Part shown: positions 1 to 9,990 of the stretch, piece after piece
Position numbering within the stretch: the first letter of the stretch is position 1
How the letters are laid out: each line of letters opens with the position of its first letter
NCBI GenBank assembly: GCA_044235425.1
Contig: JBIIHW010000009.1
Coordinates: 1 to 64,000, forward strand
From: Pirellulaceae bacterium
GTDB taxonomy: Bacteria; Planctomycetota; Planctomycetia; Pirellulales; Pirellulaceae
Reading direction: 5' to 3'
Length of the DNA: 64,000 nucleotides
Translations under genes and position numbers: made by a program
The notes under the pieces: generated by a model
What the model was told of the DNA's origin: nothing
What the model saw: only the letters and a program-made list of their open reading frames with translations
Databases searched by the model: none

Positions 1-70
1 AACACGGGGGCAGTAACACGGGGGCAGTAACACGGGGGCAGTAACACGGGGGCAGTAACACGGGGGCAGT
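1..70. repeat. 14-bp tandem repeat (aacacgggggcagt) x5, truncated by the left window edge
   Basis: Five perfect head-to-tail copies are read directly in the sequence. The array lies upstream of tmk. Confidence 0.9.
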
Positions 71-230
71 GACGGATTAATTGTCTCAGCATGGTAACGG
101 GCGGAACTGGGTTGATAAAGCTTGTTTTTGGTGCGGGCAGGCCGACAGTCCCAAGAGACGATCGGGCAATTGTCGGCCGCGCCCTGGTGCCCCAGTTTGC
201 CGGCGGGCACGACTCGCTACAATTTCACCT

Positions 231-857
231 ATGTTTGTGAGCTTAGATGGAGTCGATGGTGGCGGAAAATCGACGCAACTGAGGTTGCTGGGAGAGTGGC
301 TGCGCGCTGCGGGGCAGGAGGTCGTGATGTGTCGCGATCCCGGTTCGACCCCCTTGGGGGATCAACTGCGCGAAGTCTTGCTGCATCGCCTGGATTTGTC
401 GATTGATCGCTGCAGCGAAATGCTGATCTATATGGCAGCCCGCGCCCAATTGGTGGCCGAAGTCATTCGCCCGGCGCTGACTGCTGGAAAAGTGGTACTT
501 TGCGATCGCTTTGTGCTCGCCAACATCGTCTATCAAGCTCATGCGGGCGGACTCGATGCGGCACAGGTGCGAGCGGTTGGAGAGATTGCGGTGTCCGGAG
601 TGCGTCCCGATCTGGTACTCATTCTCGATGTGCCACCAGAAATTGCCGCGCAGCGCATGGCTCGTTCGCGCGATCGCATGGAACAACAAGGAGAAGATTT
701 TTTTCGCCGTGTACGGGCGGGATTTTTGGCGGAAGCCGAGCGTGATCCGGAGCACTTACAAGTGATTGATGCCGGTCGGTCGGTAGACGAGGTGCAAGCG
801 GCGTTGCGGGCGGCCATTGAGGCAAAGCAGAGCGAGCTGCAGGCGCGCCGGAGATAA
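231..857 (+). CDS. tmk: thymidylate (dTMP) kinase
   Basis: P-loop MFVSLDGVDGGGKSTQ with a DRF/LID region is typical of Tmk. The ORF-track start at 81 adds a non-homologous N-terminal extension, so the internal ATG at 231 was chosen. Confidence 0.8.
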   Translation: MFVSLDGVDGGGKSTQLRLLGEWLRAAGQEVVMCRDPGSTPLGDQLREVLLHRLDLSIDRCSEMLIYMAARAQLVAEVIRPALTAGKVVLCDRFVLANIVYQAHAGGLDAAQVRAVGEIAVSGVRPDLVLILDVPPEIAAQRMARSRDRMEQQGEDFFRRVRAGFLAEAERDPEHLQVIDAGRSVDEVQAALRAAIEAKQSELQARRR

Positions 858-866
858 TAGTCGTCC

Positions 867-2054
867 ATGACGCAACCAGTTTACGGCCACGATGAGATCT
901 TCGAGCGGTTTCGCCGAGCGGTGGCTCAAGGGCGACTCGCCACCACTTTTCTATTCGTGGGCACGAGTGGGATTGGTAAACGGGCTTTTGCCGAACATCT
1001 GGCAGCTCACTTGCTGTGCGAACGAAATTCGCCCGGACAACTCGACCGCTGCGGTGAGTGTGAAAGTTGCCGTCTGACTCACGCTGGAAATCATCCCGAC
1101 TTGATTGTGGTCGAGAAGCAGCTTGGCCGTACCATGTTGATTGAGGATCAATTTCGGGAAGAGGGAAAATCGTGGGATGAAAAGGGGTTCTGTCCCAAGC
1201 TCGCCGCCAAGTCGATGCGTGGGGGCCGCAAGGTTGGCATCATCGACGATGCCGATTTGCTAAGTCACACCTGCGCGAATCTGCTGCTCAAGACGCTCGA
1301 GGAGCCGCCACCCGGCTCCATTTTAATTCTGATTGGTACTAGTTTGCAGCGGCAGTTACCCACGATTCGGTCTCGCTGTCAGGTCGTGCGATTTCAGCCG
1401 CTCTCAACTGACTTAGTTGCTCGCATTCTCCAGGAGCAACAGGTGATCGATTCGCCCGAGGTTGCTGCCGAGTGGGCGGCCCGCGGAAGCGGCAGTGTGG
1501 CTCAAGCCATGCTCTACTCGGAGGAGTCCTTGCTGGAGTTTCGTCGCTGGTTTCTTGGGGTCCTAAGTCAAGGACACCTGCTCGCTGCGCCGCTGGCTAG
1601 CACGATTGCAAGCTTCGCTTCTCCCAAAAAAGGTAGCGGTGACGACGACGATGATTCCACTGAGGGTGATGAGGAGAACGAGGAGCGTGCGAGTGCCACG
1701 AAAGGCTCGGCAAAAAAGAAAACAACTGGGGCTCATTGCATTGATCCGCTGGAAGCACTCAAGAAAAGCTTAAAGCCCCGTGACCGATTGCGGTTTGTCG
1801 TCCAAACTGCGATGGAGTTTTATTACGAGTTGTTGCTGAAGATTGTGGGGGCCCAGTCGCGTTGTCACGATCCGCTGGTACAGCAACTGGTCGCCCAACG
1901 AACTCGAACTTGGGGTGGTACAATCGATCATCTGTTCGCCTGCCTCAGTCGCTGCCTCGTCGCCCGGCAGCAGGTCGATGCCAATACGAACATCGCCACG
2001 ATGGTCGAAGCCTGGATCGACGACCTGGAACAACTGGAATGGCGCCGAGGCTAA
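867..2054 (+). CDS. holB: DNA polymerase III delta-prime subunit
   Basis: AAA+ clamp-loader motifs (GTSGIGKRAFAEHLA, zinc-module CGECESCRL, SRC-like SRCQVVRF). It starts 10 nt after tmk, matching the common tmk-holB order. It contains an acidic low-complexity insertion (GSGDDDDDSTEGDEENEE). Confidence 0.75.
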   Translation: MTQPVYGHDEIFERFRRAVAQGRLATTFLFVGTSGIGKRAFAEHLAAHLLCERNSPGQLDRCGECESCRLTHAGNHPDLIVVEKQLGRTMLIEDQFREEGKSWDEKGFCPKLAAKSMRGGRKVGIIDDADLLSHTCANLLLKTLEEPPPGSILILIGTSLQRQLPTIRSRCQVVRFQPLSTDLVARILQEQQVIDSPEVAAEWAARGSGSVAQAMLYSEESLLEFRRWFLGVLSQGHLLAAPLASTIASFASPKKGSGDDDDDSTEGDEENEERASATKGSAKKKTTGAHCIDPLEALKKSLKPRDRLRFVVQTAMEFYYELLLKIVGAQSRCHDPLVQQLVAQRTRTWGGTIDHLFACLSRCLVARQQVDANTNIATMVEAWIDDLEQLEWRRG

Positions 2055-2088
2055 TAGCTTGGCGAGCTTTGGGCCGCTGGAGCTGGGA

Positions 2089-2177
2089 TGGCTCACGCTA
2101 AGGCGTAGAGGCGCTCAGTGGAAAGCCCAATGACATTCAGAACCTTCGCGAGCTTTGCGCCTTGGCGTGAGCCTCCT
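2089..2177. repeat. imperfect inverted repeat (GGCTCACGCTAAGGCG ... CGCCTTGGCGTGAGCC) forming a REP/MITE-like stem around ~65 nt
   Basis: The 16-mer at 2089-2104 has a 15/16 reverse complement at ~2162-2177. The same 16-mer recurs at 3829-3844 downstream of the DUF1501 gene. Confidence 0.5.
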
Positions 2178-2354
2178 CCGCCCAGGACTCGCAGACGATT
2201 CCACCCTTAAAGTTCCGCAAAAACTTGAGTTCCGCATGGCATCCATGCGATTTTATTGATACAACGTTAGCACGTTCGGAATCCCGCTTGCGGGTCGACG
2301 ATCGCGTCTGGCAACCGGCTCAGAGACTGAACCGGTGGCTCGTGACGACCGCTG

Positions 2355-3788
2355 GTGGCCCGTACTCCCGCCCCTACCTACCTTCGAGTCTGTTCTATGC
2401 TATCTCTCGCTGGTCGCCCCGCTTCAGCTCGTGATTTTTGTGACGGAGTTTCTCGTCGCGACATCCTCCGCATCGGTACTTTGGCCGCGATGGGAACCTT
2501 GGGCGGCTGGACGTTGCCTGACCTGCTGCGAGCTGAAGCCCGAGCCGGCGTGAAGTCGCCGAAGTCCGTGATCATGATCTACTTGGTTGGAGGTCCCCCC
2601 CACCAAGACATGTTCGATCTGAAGCCACTTGCTCCCAAAGAGATTGCTGGACCATGGCGTCCGATCGCGACGAAGGTTCCTGGCTTTGAGATTTGCGAAG
2701 CCTTTCCGCAACTGGCAGCGATGACCGACAAGCTCACCGTCATTCGCTCGCTGGTGGGCAATCAGCACGATCACGATGCGATTCAAGTCTTCAATGGACG
2801 GGACCCCAAGAAACCGAAGCCGACCAACGGCTGGCCGCAATTTGGCACGATGGTTTCGCGACTCCAAGGTCCCGCTCGTCCAGAAACTCCGCCCTACGTC
2901 AGTTTGTGTTACACCTGCACTCACGGCCCCTACAATGAACCTGGTCCCGGTTTCCTGGGAGCAGCTCAATCGCCTCTCCGCCCGCTGGGTGACACGCGAA
3001 AAGACATGGTGCTCAACGGAGTTACCCTGGATCGTCTGTCCGATCGTCGCCAGTTGCTGAAAAGCTTCGACGTGCTGCGGCGTGATATCGACCACACTTC
3101 CATGATGGCTGGTTTTGACGCCTTCACCGAGCAGGCGATGGGACTACTGACCTCGTCACAACTGGCCGAAGCACTGGATCTATCCAAGGAAGACCCCAAA
3201 GTCGTCGCTCGCTATGGCACTGGCGATCCGAAAATCATGATGGATGGAAATGGGGCCCCCCGAGTGCCTCAAAGCCTGCTGCTGGCTCGACGACTTGTCG
3301 AAGCTGGTGTCCGCGTGGTGACACTCAACTACAGCAAATGGGATTGGCACGGCGGCATGAATGCCGAGGGCCGAGCGAACAATTCAATCTTCTTACGCGA
3401 ACAAGAAGACTTTCCGGTCTTTGACCAGTGCGTGAGTGCCTTGGTCGAGGACTTGCATCAGCGTGGCTTGGCCGATGACTGCGCGGTCGTGATTTGGGGC
3501 GAGTTCGGAAGAACGCCTAAGATCAGCCCGATTGTCGGTCGAGATCACTGGCCGAACGTCAATTGCGTACTCATGGCCGGTGGCAAGATGAAGCATGGTC
3601 AGGTGATTGGAGCAACCGATCGCATCGCCGGCGAAGCGGTCGCTCGTCCCGTCACCTTTGGCGAAGTTTATGCCACGTTGTTCAGGCATCTGGGGATCGA
3701 TGTGAACACCACCACCATCAACGACCTCAACGGTCGTCCGCAGTATCTGGTGGAAGATCACGCTCGACCGCTGCCCGAGCTGATCTAG
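2355..3788 (+). CDS. DUF1501 domain protein (sulfatase-like fold) with twin-arginine signal
   Basis: Tat motif SRRDILRIGTLAAMG. DUF1501 hallmarks (IMIYLVGGPPHQDMFDLKP, GRTP, DHW) are characteristic of a Planctomycetes family. An alternative start lies at the ATG at 2397. Confidence 0.7.
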   Translation: MARTPAPTYLRVCSMLSLAGRPASARDFCDGVSRRDILRIGTLAAMGTLGGWTLPDLLRAEARAGVKSPKSVIMIYLVGGPPHQDMFDLKPLAPKEIAGPWRPIATKVPGFEICEAFPQLAAMTDKLTVIRSLVGNQHDHDAIQVFNGRDPKKPKPTNGWPQFGTMVSRLQGPARPETPPYVSLCYTCTHGPYNEPGPGFLGAAQSPLRPLGDTRKDMVLNGVTLDRLSDRRQLLKSFDVLRRDIDHTSMMAGFDAFTEQAMGLLTSSQLAEALDLSKEDPKVVARYGTGDPKIMMDGNGAPRVPQSLLLARRLVEAGVRVVTLNYSKWDWHGGMNAEGRANNSIFLREQEDFPVFDQCVSALVEDLHQRGLADDCAVVIWGEFGRTPKISPIVGRDHWPNVNCVLMAGGKMKHGQVIGATDRIAGEAVARPVTFGEVYATLFRHLGIDVNTTTINDLNGRPQYLVEDHARPLPELI

Positions 3789-3892
3789 TGCGTAAAGGCC
3801 CGGAGTGGGTTCACGCAAACGCGCTAAGTAGGCTCACGCTAAGGCGCTTAGGGCGCCAAGGTTAGAAGTCGGATGACGCGGAGGCGCCGCGG

Positions 3893-5362
3893 TTACTTGG
3901 TGGGGCGAGTCCAGGTTTGGCCCTTCTTGTAACGAGTGGCGCGATCTTTCACGACCGGATCGTTGCTCAGCAGCAGAACTCGATCGAGTGCCTTTTCAAA
4001 TTCCGCTTTATTGGCATCGCGTAATTCGCGGTGATGAGCCAGTTCGACGACCGCTGCACAGGCTGGCTTGTTGAGTGATTGATCATCCAGGTAGGGAACG
4101 ACAAACCGTAACGATTCCACCGTACGAATGGCCGGCACACGCGCGAGCACCAATTGACGTTCGGCGTCGCGCTGAGACAACTGCATGCACTGTGACAGCA
4201 GCTTCAGACGTTCGGCAGCGGAGCGGTCATCGGGCAGCGGAGCGACTCGGATCAGGGCTCGTAGCAGTAGTGTTCGATGCTCATCGTGCTCCTCCGTTTT
4301 CAGCAATTCCAAATAGCGCGGTGCGATCGTGGCATCCGGCCAGTTACACAAGGCTCGCAGCCCTGTCTCATGCATCGTCGACTCACGACTGGCAATCGCC
4401 TTCTCCAGCACGTCGCGCACCGCGACTCCGCCCACTCGGCCGAGCACGCTGAGCAGCAAGGTCTGTTCCTGAGCACTGCGTCGCTTCCATTCGGTCAGCA
4501 ATCCCGTGGCACGCTGATCTAAATCCTCGACTCGCAGACAGACTTGTGCCACGTGCTTCTCAGCTGACTCCCGCTCCGCTCCCGCGTTCGCGCGTAACAC
4601 TCCAGCGAGTAAACCGTGAATGTCGGACGGACTAGCTAGTTGAGCCAAGGCGGCCATAGCAGCGGTGCGCCCCGCGGCATCGTTGCCGGTGGCGATCTGA
4701 ATCAAAGTCGGCACGGCACTCGTCGCCCGCCGAGTCACCAGGACGTCGATCAAACTGCCGCGTATGGTCCCTGAGGCAGTTCCGAGCGCCGTGGCAATCG
4801 CTCGCGACACATCTTCTCCCGACAAACGACTAAGACCCAGCCGAGCCGCGGCCGCCAATTCGGCATCTTCGGCCTTCCCACCTGCTTTTTCCAGGTACTG
4901 CAGCAGCAGTGCGACATCGGCCGTGCTGCCGATGTTACCAAGCGCCTTGAGTGCGGCGGCTTGAACCGACGGTGATTTGGCACCCCGCAAGAGTTCGATG
5001 ACCGCTGGCCGCGCGGCGCCGTCCGCTCGATCCGCCAGCGCCGCCAGCAGTCCGACTTGAGCTTCCGGCGACAACTTAGCTAGTTGAGCTGCAAACTGTT
5101 CGGTCGCTCGTTTCCCCTTCGCGTCGGTTCGCACTTGCTCAAAGCCGAGTGCGCGCACATCTTTATCCGAGTCGGAGAGTAATCCAATCACGAGCGTGAT
5201 GAGTTCCTCGTTGGCGTCTTCGGGGGTGTTGATCGGAGCGAAGACGGCCGTCGCAGCTGCGGCAGTTGCTATGGGTGTGCCAGGGATCGGCACAAACATG
5301 AAGGCGACAGAAACGAAGGCGACAGAAAGCGACTGCTGGCAACTAGCCCGTGGTAGGTACAT
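3893..5362 (-). CDS. HEAT/PBS-lyase-like repeat protein
   Basis: Ala/Leu-rich helical repeats with periodic (A)LxxLGxxxAxxAxPxL units and a hydrophobic N-terminus. Confidence 0.5.
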   Translation of the reverse strand: MYLPRASCQQSLSVAFVSVAFMFVPIPGTPIATAAAATAVFAPINTPEDANEELITLVIGLLSDSDKDVRALGFEQVRTDAKGKRATEQFAAQLAKLSPEAQVGLLAALADRADGAARPAVIELLRGAKSPSVQAAALKALGNIGSTADVALLLQYLEKAGGKAEDAELAAAARLGLSRLSGEDVSRAIATALGTASGTIRGSLIDVLVTRRATSAVPTLIQIATGNDAAGRTAAMAALAQLASPSDIHGLLAGVLRANAGAERESAEKHVAQVCLRVEDLDQRATGLLTEWKRRSAQEQTLLLSVLGRVGGVAVRDVLEKAIASRESTMHETGLRALCNWPDATIAPRYLELLKTEEHDEHRTLLLRALIRVAPLPDDRSAAERLKLLSQCMQLSQRDAERQLVLARVPAIRTVESLRFVVPYLDDQSLNKPACAAVVELAHHRELRDANKAEFEKALDRVLLLSNDPVVKDRATRYKKGQTWTRPTK

Positions 5363-5451
5363 GGCGAACTTTGTGGCTCCCAGGAAGCGATCAGCAGCTC
5401 ACGCCGGCGAGCCGTGGCTGGAGTGAGCAATTGCTGGAACGTGGCGAGCAG

Positions 5452-6150
5452 TTATTTGCTGGCGCACGCGAGCATGCCGCGCGTGGCGGCCAGTCGGACA
5501 TGCTTCGCCTGGTCGGGACCGGCAAAGGATTTGTAGATGGACAGGGCATCGGTCTTTTTGCCGGCGGCCAGCAGGGCTTCGGCACAGGCCAGAGAAGCGT
5601 CCGTCACGGCCCGCTTTGCCTCGTCGCTCGTCGGCCTGGCCTTCTTCAGCAGTTCGGCTGCTTCGGGAGTTTGGATGGCTCCCAGTGCCAAGGCGGCGGC
5701 CACGATCACCTTCTGATCCGCATCGGTAAGCAAGGCTCCGATGGCCCGGACACTGGCGGCATCGCGGCGAGTGCCGAGGGAGGAGAGCACGCCAATTTTT
5801 AGGGCTGGTGGTAACTTGGGGAGCGATTCACGGAGCGCAGTCGCTGCTTCGGGCGCCTGAATTCGCTCCAAGGCAAACCGTGCCATATGAGAATGATCAG
5901 GCTGTGCGAGTAAATCGATGAGCACGGGAATGGAGGCGGTGGTGCCCATCACCATTAGCTTGCGGCAGATATAGTCTTTGGCATCGCGCGAGATATCCGA
6001 CTTGAGTGTCGCAATCAATCGCGACTCCAAGTCTTGTCGTCCCGCGGCATCACCATGGGTGGTTACCACAGCTTCGTCGATTGGTTTGAGCGGCTGGCTG
6101 TCGGCGCCCCAGTCATACCCCTTCAAGGCATCAAACGCTTGATTCAACAT
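5452..6150 (-). CDS. HEAT-repeat protein
   Basis: Repeated 'AxxAL(G)xIGxxxAxxAL' HEAT-like units. It sits in tandem with the preceding HEAT protein on the same strand. Confidence 0.5.
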   Translation of the reverse strand: MLNQAFDALKGYDWGADSQPLKPIDEAVVTTHGDAAGRQDLESRLIATLKSDISRDAKDYICRKLMVMGTTASIPVLIDLLAQPDHSHMARFALERIQAPEAATALRESLPKLPPALKIGVLSSLGTRRDAASVRAIGALLTDADQKVIVAAALALGAIQTPEAAELLKKARPTSDEAKRAVTDASLACAEALLAAGKKTDALSIYKSFAGPDQAKHVRLAATRGMLACASK

Positions 6151-6218
6151 ACAACTCTCACCCTTGTCCTAAGTCGATCGGTAACAAAACTACACTTCCT
6201 GCGACAGATCCAAAAACA

Positions 6219-7448
6219 TTAAATCTGCCAAGGTTCGCGTCGCGCTCGATCCAGGAAACGATTCGCCTCGTCGTCTCCCACAAACGATTGAGCCGCCGCG
6301 TCCCATTTCAGGGAACGACGTAACGTATAAGCGATGATTCCCAGGTGACTCACCATCACCGAGTTCACCGCGTATTCGATATCGCGAAAGGGCTTTTCGC
6401 GTGTCTTCACGCATTCAATAAAATCGCCGTAAATGCCGCCGGTGCCTTTATAACTGGGGATCGCCTTGGGCTCGCGTTTTTCACCCGGCGTCCCTTCGAC
6501 GTGCAAATTCGCGGTATTGGGTTTGTTATGGTGGAGCAGAATTCCATTGGGATAGCGGAACGTCACATAATTGGCATCCGCGTGGTAGGTCACCTCTTCC
6601 GGCTGTAAGTCGCGGACGTCAATCGCGAACGTCGCGCCGCCGAAATGGTGGGCACCCCAGTCGGTCATGCCGCCACCCGAATAGTCGATGTACGAGCGCC
6701 AGCTGTTGCCGCTGGTGCCAAAATTGCCATCACAGCGAGCTTTGTTGTAGGGCGCCCAGGGAGCTGGGCCGAGCCACAAGTCCCAGTCGATATCGTCCGG
6801 CACCGCCTCGGCAGGCAGATTGCACGCTTGCGATAGCGGACCCACGTTGACGTTGATCGACTTGATGGCTCCCAGTTCGCCACCCCAGCACTTGTCGACC
6901 ACTCCCCGATAATCCTCCAGTACGCGCTGACTGCCCCCCGAAACCACGCGCGCGTAACGTCGAGCGGCGGCAATCATCAACGGCCCCTCGCGTAAGGTCC
7001 GCGTCTCCGGCTTTTGACAATAAACATCTTTGCCGCGGCGACACGCCTCAATCACCATCACAGCGTGCCAGTGATCGGGAGTTGCGATATGGACAGCATC
7101 GATGTCGCTGCGATCCAACAACTCACGAAAATCATTGTAGGCCTGGCAGTCACTGTTCTTGTAACGTTCATTGACCTTTGCCCGAGCATTTTCGCGAAAG
7201 CTCTTGCGCACATCACAGACGGCGACGTACTGCACATCCGCTCGCCCCAGGAAGGCGCCCATGTCACCGCGCCCCATGTTGCCGATACCAATCCCCCCCA
7301 TCACGATGCGATCACTCGCCGGCGGAACATCGGCATTTCCCAGCGCCGTGGAAGTGATAATGTAAGGAGTGGCCAGGGCGACGCCGGACGTCTTTAAAAA
7401 ATCACGGCGCGAACTTGCCGAATGAGCAGTCGCCGAAGGAGCGGACAT
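6219..7448 (-). CDS. Gfo/Idh/MocA family oxidoreductase, Tat-secreted
   Basis: Tat motif SRRDFLKTSGVALATP at the N-terminus, a Rossmann GGIGIGNMG motif and a Gfo/Idh/MocA C-terminal domain. Confidence 0.7.
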   Translation of the reverse strand: MSAPSATAHSASSRRDFLKTSGVALATPYIITSTALGNADVPPASDRIVMGGIGIGNMGRGDMGAFLGRADVQYVAVCDVRKSFRENARAKVNERYKNSDCQAYNDFRELLDRSDIDAVHIATPDHWHAVMVIEACRRGKDVYCQKPETRTLREGPLMIAAARRYARVVSGGSQRVLEDYRGVVDKCWGGELGAIKSINVNVGPLSQACNLPAEAVPDDIDWDLWLGPAPWAPYNKARCDGNFGTSGNSWRSYIDYSGGGMTDWGAHHFGGATFAIDVRDLQPEEVTYHADANYVTFRYPNGILLHHNKPNTANLHVEGTPGEKREPKAIPSYKGTGGIYGDFIECVKTREKPFRDIEYAVNSVMVSHLGIIAYTLRRSLKWDAAAQSFVGDDEANRFLDRARREPWQI

Positions 7449-7732
7449 GGTGCGGCCTCATCGTAAGGGTCTACGGATCTGGGGAGGTGAGAGGTGAGAG
7501 CGGGGCCACGGTACTCGGCAACACGGCGTAAAATCCGCGCTTTAGCTGGCACCGAGTGGCCACGTGGGGCACATTATTCCCTAATCGGTCCGTTTTTGTA
7601 AAGCGATTTTTGACGGCCGCGAGAACTTCAAGCATACTGACCGCCTCTTTTCCTGAAATACTGCACGGCGGTATCACCACCTCGTTCCATTTTCCTCGGT
7701 CGACTCAGGCATTTCCTCGCGGAGAAGCTTTC

Positions 7733-9835
7733 ATGCCCCCCACCCTGTTGTATCTGCTCATTGCCGCCGCCTCGCTGTTCCTCTTCGTGCTCCTGATACT
7801 CTGGCTGACCGTGCGCTACATTCCCAACAATCGAATTGGGATTGTCGAGAAGCTGTGGTCGAGCAAAGGATCGCTCGGGGAGGGCCAGATCATTGCCCTG
7901 AATGGGGAGGCGGGGTATCAAGCTGACGTCTTGCGCGGTGGTTTGCATTTCGGACTGTGGCGCTGGCAATATGCAGTCCACAAATTTCCGCTGATCACCA
8001 TCAAGCAAGGAAAAATTGGTTATGTGTTTTCTCGCGGCGGCAAGGAACTACTGCCCTCGCAGACACTCGGCTGCGTCGTCAATTGCAATAACTTTCAAGA
8101 CGCGCGCGCTTTTCTAGGACAACCAGGGGTGCACGGTAGCGTCGAGGGACAAAAAGGACGTCAGCGGGGAATTCTGCGCGAAGGTGTCTATGCAATTAAT
8201 ATCGCTCTGTTTAACGTCATCACCGAAGACATGGTCTATACACTCGATCACATCAAGGGATTAGAGCAGTGGCAATTACAGCTGCAGGCGATTGGGGGTT
8301 TTCTACCGCTGGTGATCAGCGGCAAGTCGGATCAGATCGGGATTGTCACGGTGCATGAAGGACCGACGCTTCCGCCCGGTGAGCTGATTGCACCGGCCGT
8401 GGGCATCGCGAAAGACGACCCCAACTTCCATAACAACTACCAGGATATCGAGGCATTCTTACGCGCGGGCGGTCGTCGTGGAGTGCAGTACACACCTCTG
8501 ATCGATGGCACCTATTTTCTCAATCGCTGGTTTGCCACGATAGAAATGATTCCCAAGCAAGTCGTGCCGATCGGACAGGTAGGGGTGGTGGTGAGTTTTT
8601 ATGGCAACAAGGGTGCGGACACTTCTGGGCAGCAGTTCCGACATGGTGAGCGTGTTCATGAAGGCGAGAAAGGTGTTTGGGATGTGGCTCTTGGGCCGGG
8701 CAAGTATGCGTTCAATACCAGTGCTGGTCAGGTTGTACTCGTACCCACCACAAATTTCGTCCTTCACTGGATCACGGGTCGCAGTGAAGATCATATGTAT
8801 GATGATTCCCTGACTAGCATTGAATTAATTACAGCGGATGCTTATGAGCCAACACTGCCGCTCAGCGTCGTCGTGCATATTGATTACCAAAAAGCGCCCT
8901 CGGTGATCCAGCGATTTGGGGACGTTAAGCAGCTCATCACACAAACGCTGGATCCGCTCTTGTCTGCCTATTTCCGTGATGTGGCTCACAAAAAGTCGAT
9001 GCTGCAGTTAATCCATGATCGTGATGAGATTCAGCGTCAATCGCGCGAAGAGCTGCGACGGAAGTTCCAGCAATTTGACATCGAGTGCGTGGACGTGCTG
9101 ATTGGACGACCGGAATCCAAACCCGGTGACCCAAAAATCGAGAACCTACTCGACCAGCTACGCCAACGACAGTTTGCCATTGAACAAGTCGAGACGTTCC
9201 AGAAGCAGCAGGAGGCAGCTCTGCGTCAAAAGTCCCTGAACGAAGCACAGGCCAATGCCAGCTTGCAGGCCGAGCTAACGAAGAGTCAGGTGCAGATTCG
9301 CATCTCGGAAAATACCGGCGACGCGGAGCTGGCACGAGCTCGCAAGCAGGCGGAGACAACCGTGGTGCAAGCCGAGGCCAGTGCCAAGCAAGCTCGACTG
9401 CAGGGTGAGGGCGAAGCAAACCGCCTACTGTTACTCGCCGAGGCGCAGTCCAAACAAGCGGCTTTGGTCGGTGATGGCGAAGGGAAAAAAGCGGCGCTGA
9501 TTGGTGAGGGTGAAGGCAAGCGCATCGCGAATGTGGGGAACGCCGAAGCGGCCGTGCTGCAGCAGAAAATCCTGTCCTATGGAGATCCGCGATTGTATGC
9601 GATGGCGATTGTGGCCGAGCAGTTGCGTCAGAGCCAACAGCCGCTCGTACCCTCACAGCTGTTTGTAACCGGTGGCGGCAGTAGCGGTGGAGGAGACCTG
9701 GGCGGCACGGCCAACATGCTGCAAACCTTGCTGAGTATCCTCACCGCAGAGAAGGTGGGAATGCCGATCAGTCCCCCCGTTCCGTCCCCTAGCCCCGCCC
9801 CACCTGCCTCCTCCACGACCACGCTCGGCAGCTAG
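7733..9835 (+). CDS. SPFH/band-7 (flotillin-like) membrane protein with long coiled-coil and Pro-rich tail
   Basis: An N-terminal TM helix (LLYLLIAAASLFLFVLLILWL) is followed by an SPFH-like region. A flotillin-type EA-repeat coiled coil (AEASAKQARLQGEGEANRLLLAEAQSKQAALVGDGEGKKAAL) is present. The start was set at the internal ATG at 7733 preceding the TM segment. Confidence 0.6.
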   Translation: MPPTLLYLLIAAASLFLFVLLILWLTVRYIPNNRIGIVEKLWSSKGSLGEGQIIALNGEAGYQADVLRGGLHFGLWRWQYAVHKFPLITIKQGKIGYVFSRGGKELLPSQTLGCVVNCNNFQDARAFLGQPGVHGSVEGQKGRQRGILREGVYAINIALFNVITEDMVYTLDHIKGLEQWQLQLQAIGGFLPLVISGKSDQIGIVTVHEGPTLPPGELIAPAVGIAKDDPNFHNNYQDIEAFLRAGGRRGVQYTPLIDGTYFLNRWFATIEMIPKQVVPIGQVGVVVSFYGNKGADTSGQQFRHGERVHEGEKGVWDVALGPGKYAFNTSAGQVVLVPTTNFVLHWITGRSEDHMYDDSLTSIELITADAYEPTLPLSVVVHIDYQKAPSVIQRFGDVKQLITQTLDPLLSAYFRDVAHKKSMLQLIHDRDEIQRQSREELRRKFQQFDIECVDVLIGRPESKPGDPKIENLLDQLRQRQFAIEQVETFQKQQEAALRQKSLNEAQANASLQAELTKSQVQIRISENTGDAELARARKQAETTVVQAEASAKQARLQGEGEANRLLLLAEAQSKQAALVGDGEGKKAALIGEGEGKRIANVGNAEAAVLQQKILSYGDPRLYAMAIVAEQLRQSQQPLVPSQLFVTGGGSSGGGDLGGTANMLQTLLSILTAEKVGMPISPPVPSPSPAPPASSTTTLGS

Positions 9836-9990
9836 TGCTGTGATTTAAGCGGTTCAGCCGACGAATACAACCACGAGCTTCATTGGGAGGCAGCGGACTT
9901 TGTATCGCGGGCCATCCCGAGGATGGCGGCCGCCCTGTTTTTTGAATTTCCATGGGGCGGAGCTTCCTCGATCGTGCAGCTTTGTCGGTG

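Noticed and set aside
1-70. Possible CRISPR array (also considered for 18076-18219 and 52424-52526)
   Set aside because: The units are 14-16 bp and directly abutting with no spacers, and no cas genes are nearby. They are simple tandem repeats.
81-230. N-terminal extension of tmk in the ORF track
   Set aside because: The extension is not homologous to Tmk (Cys/Arg-rich). The conserved P-loop starts right after the internal Met at 231.
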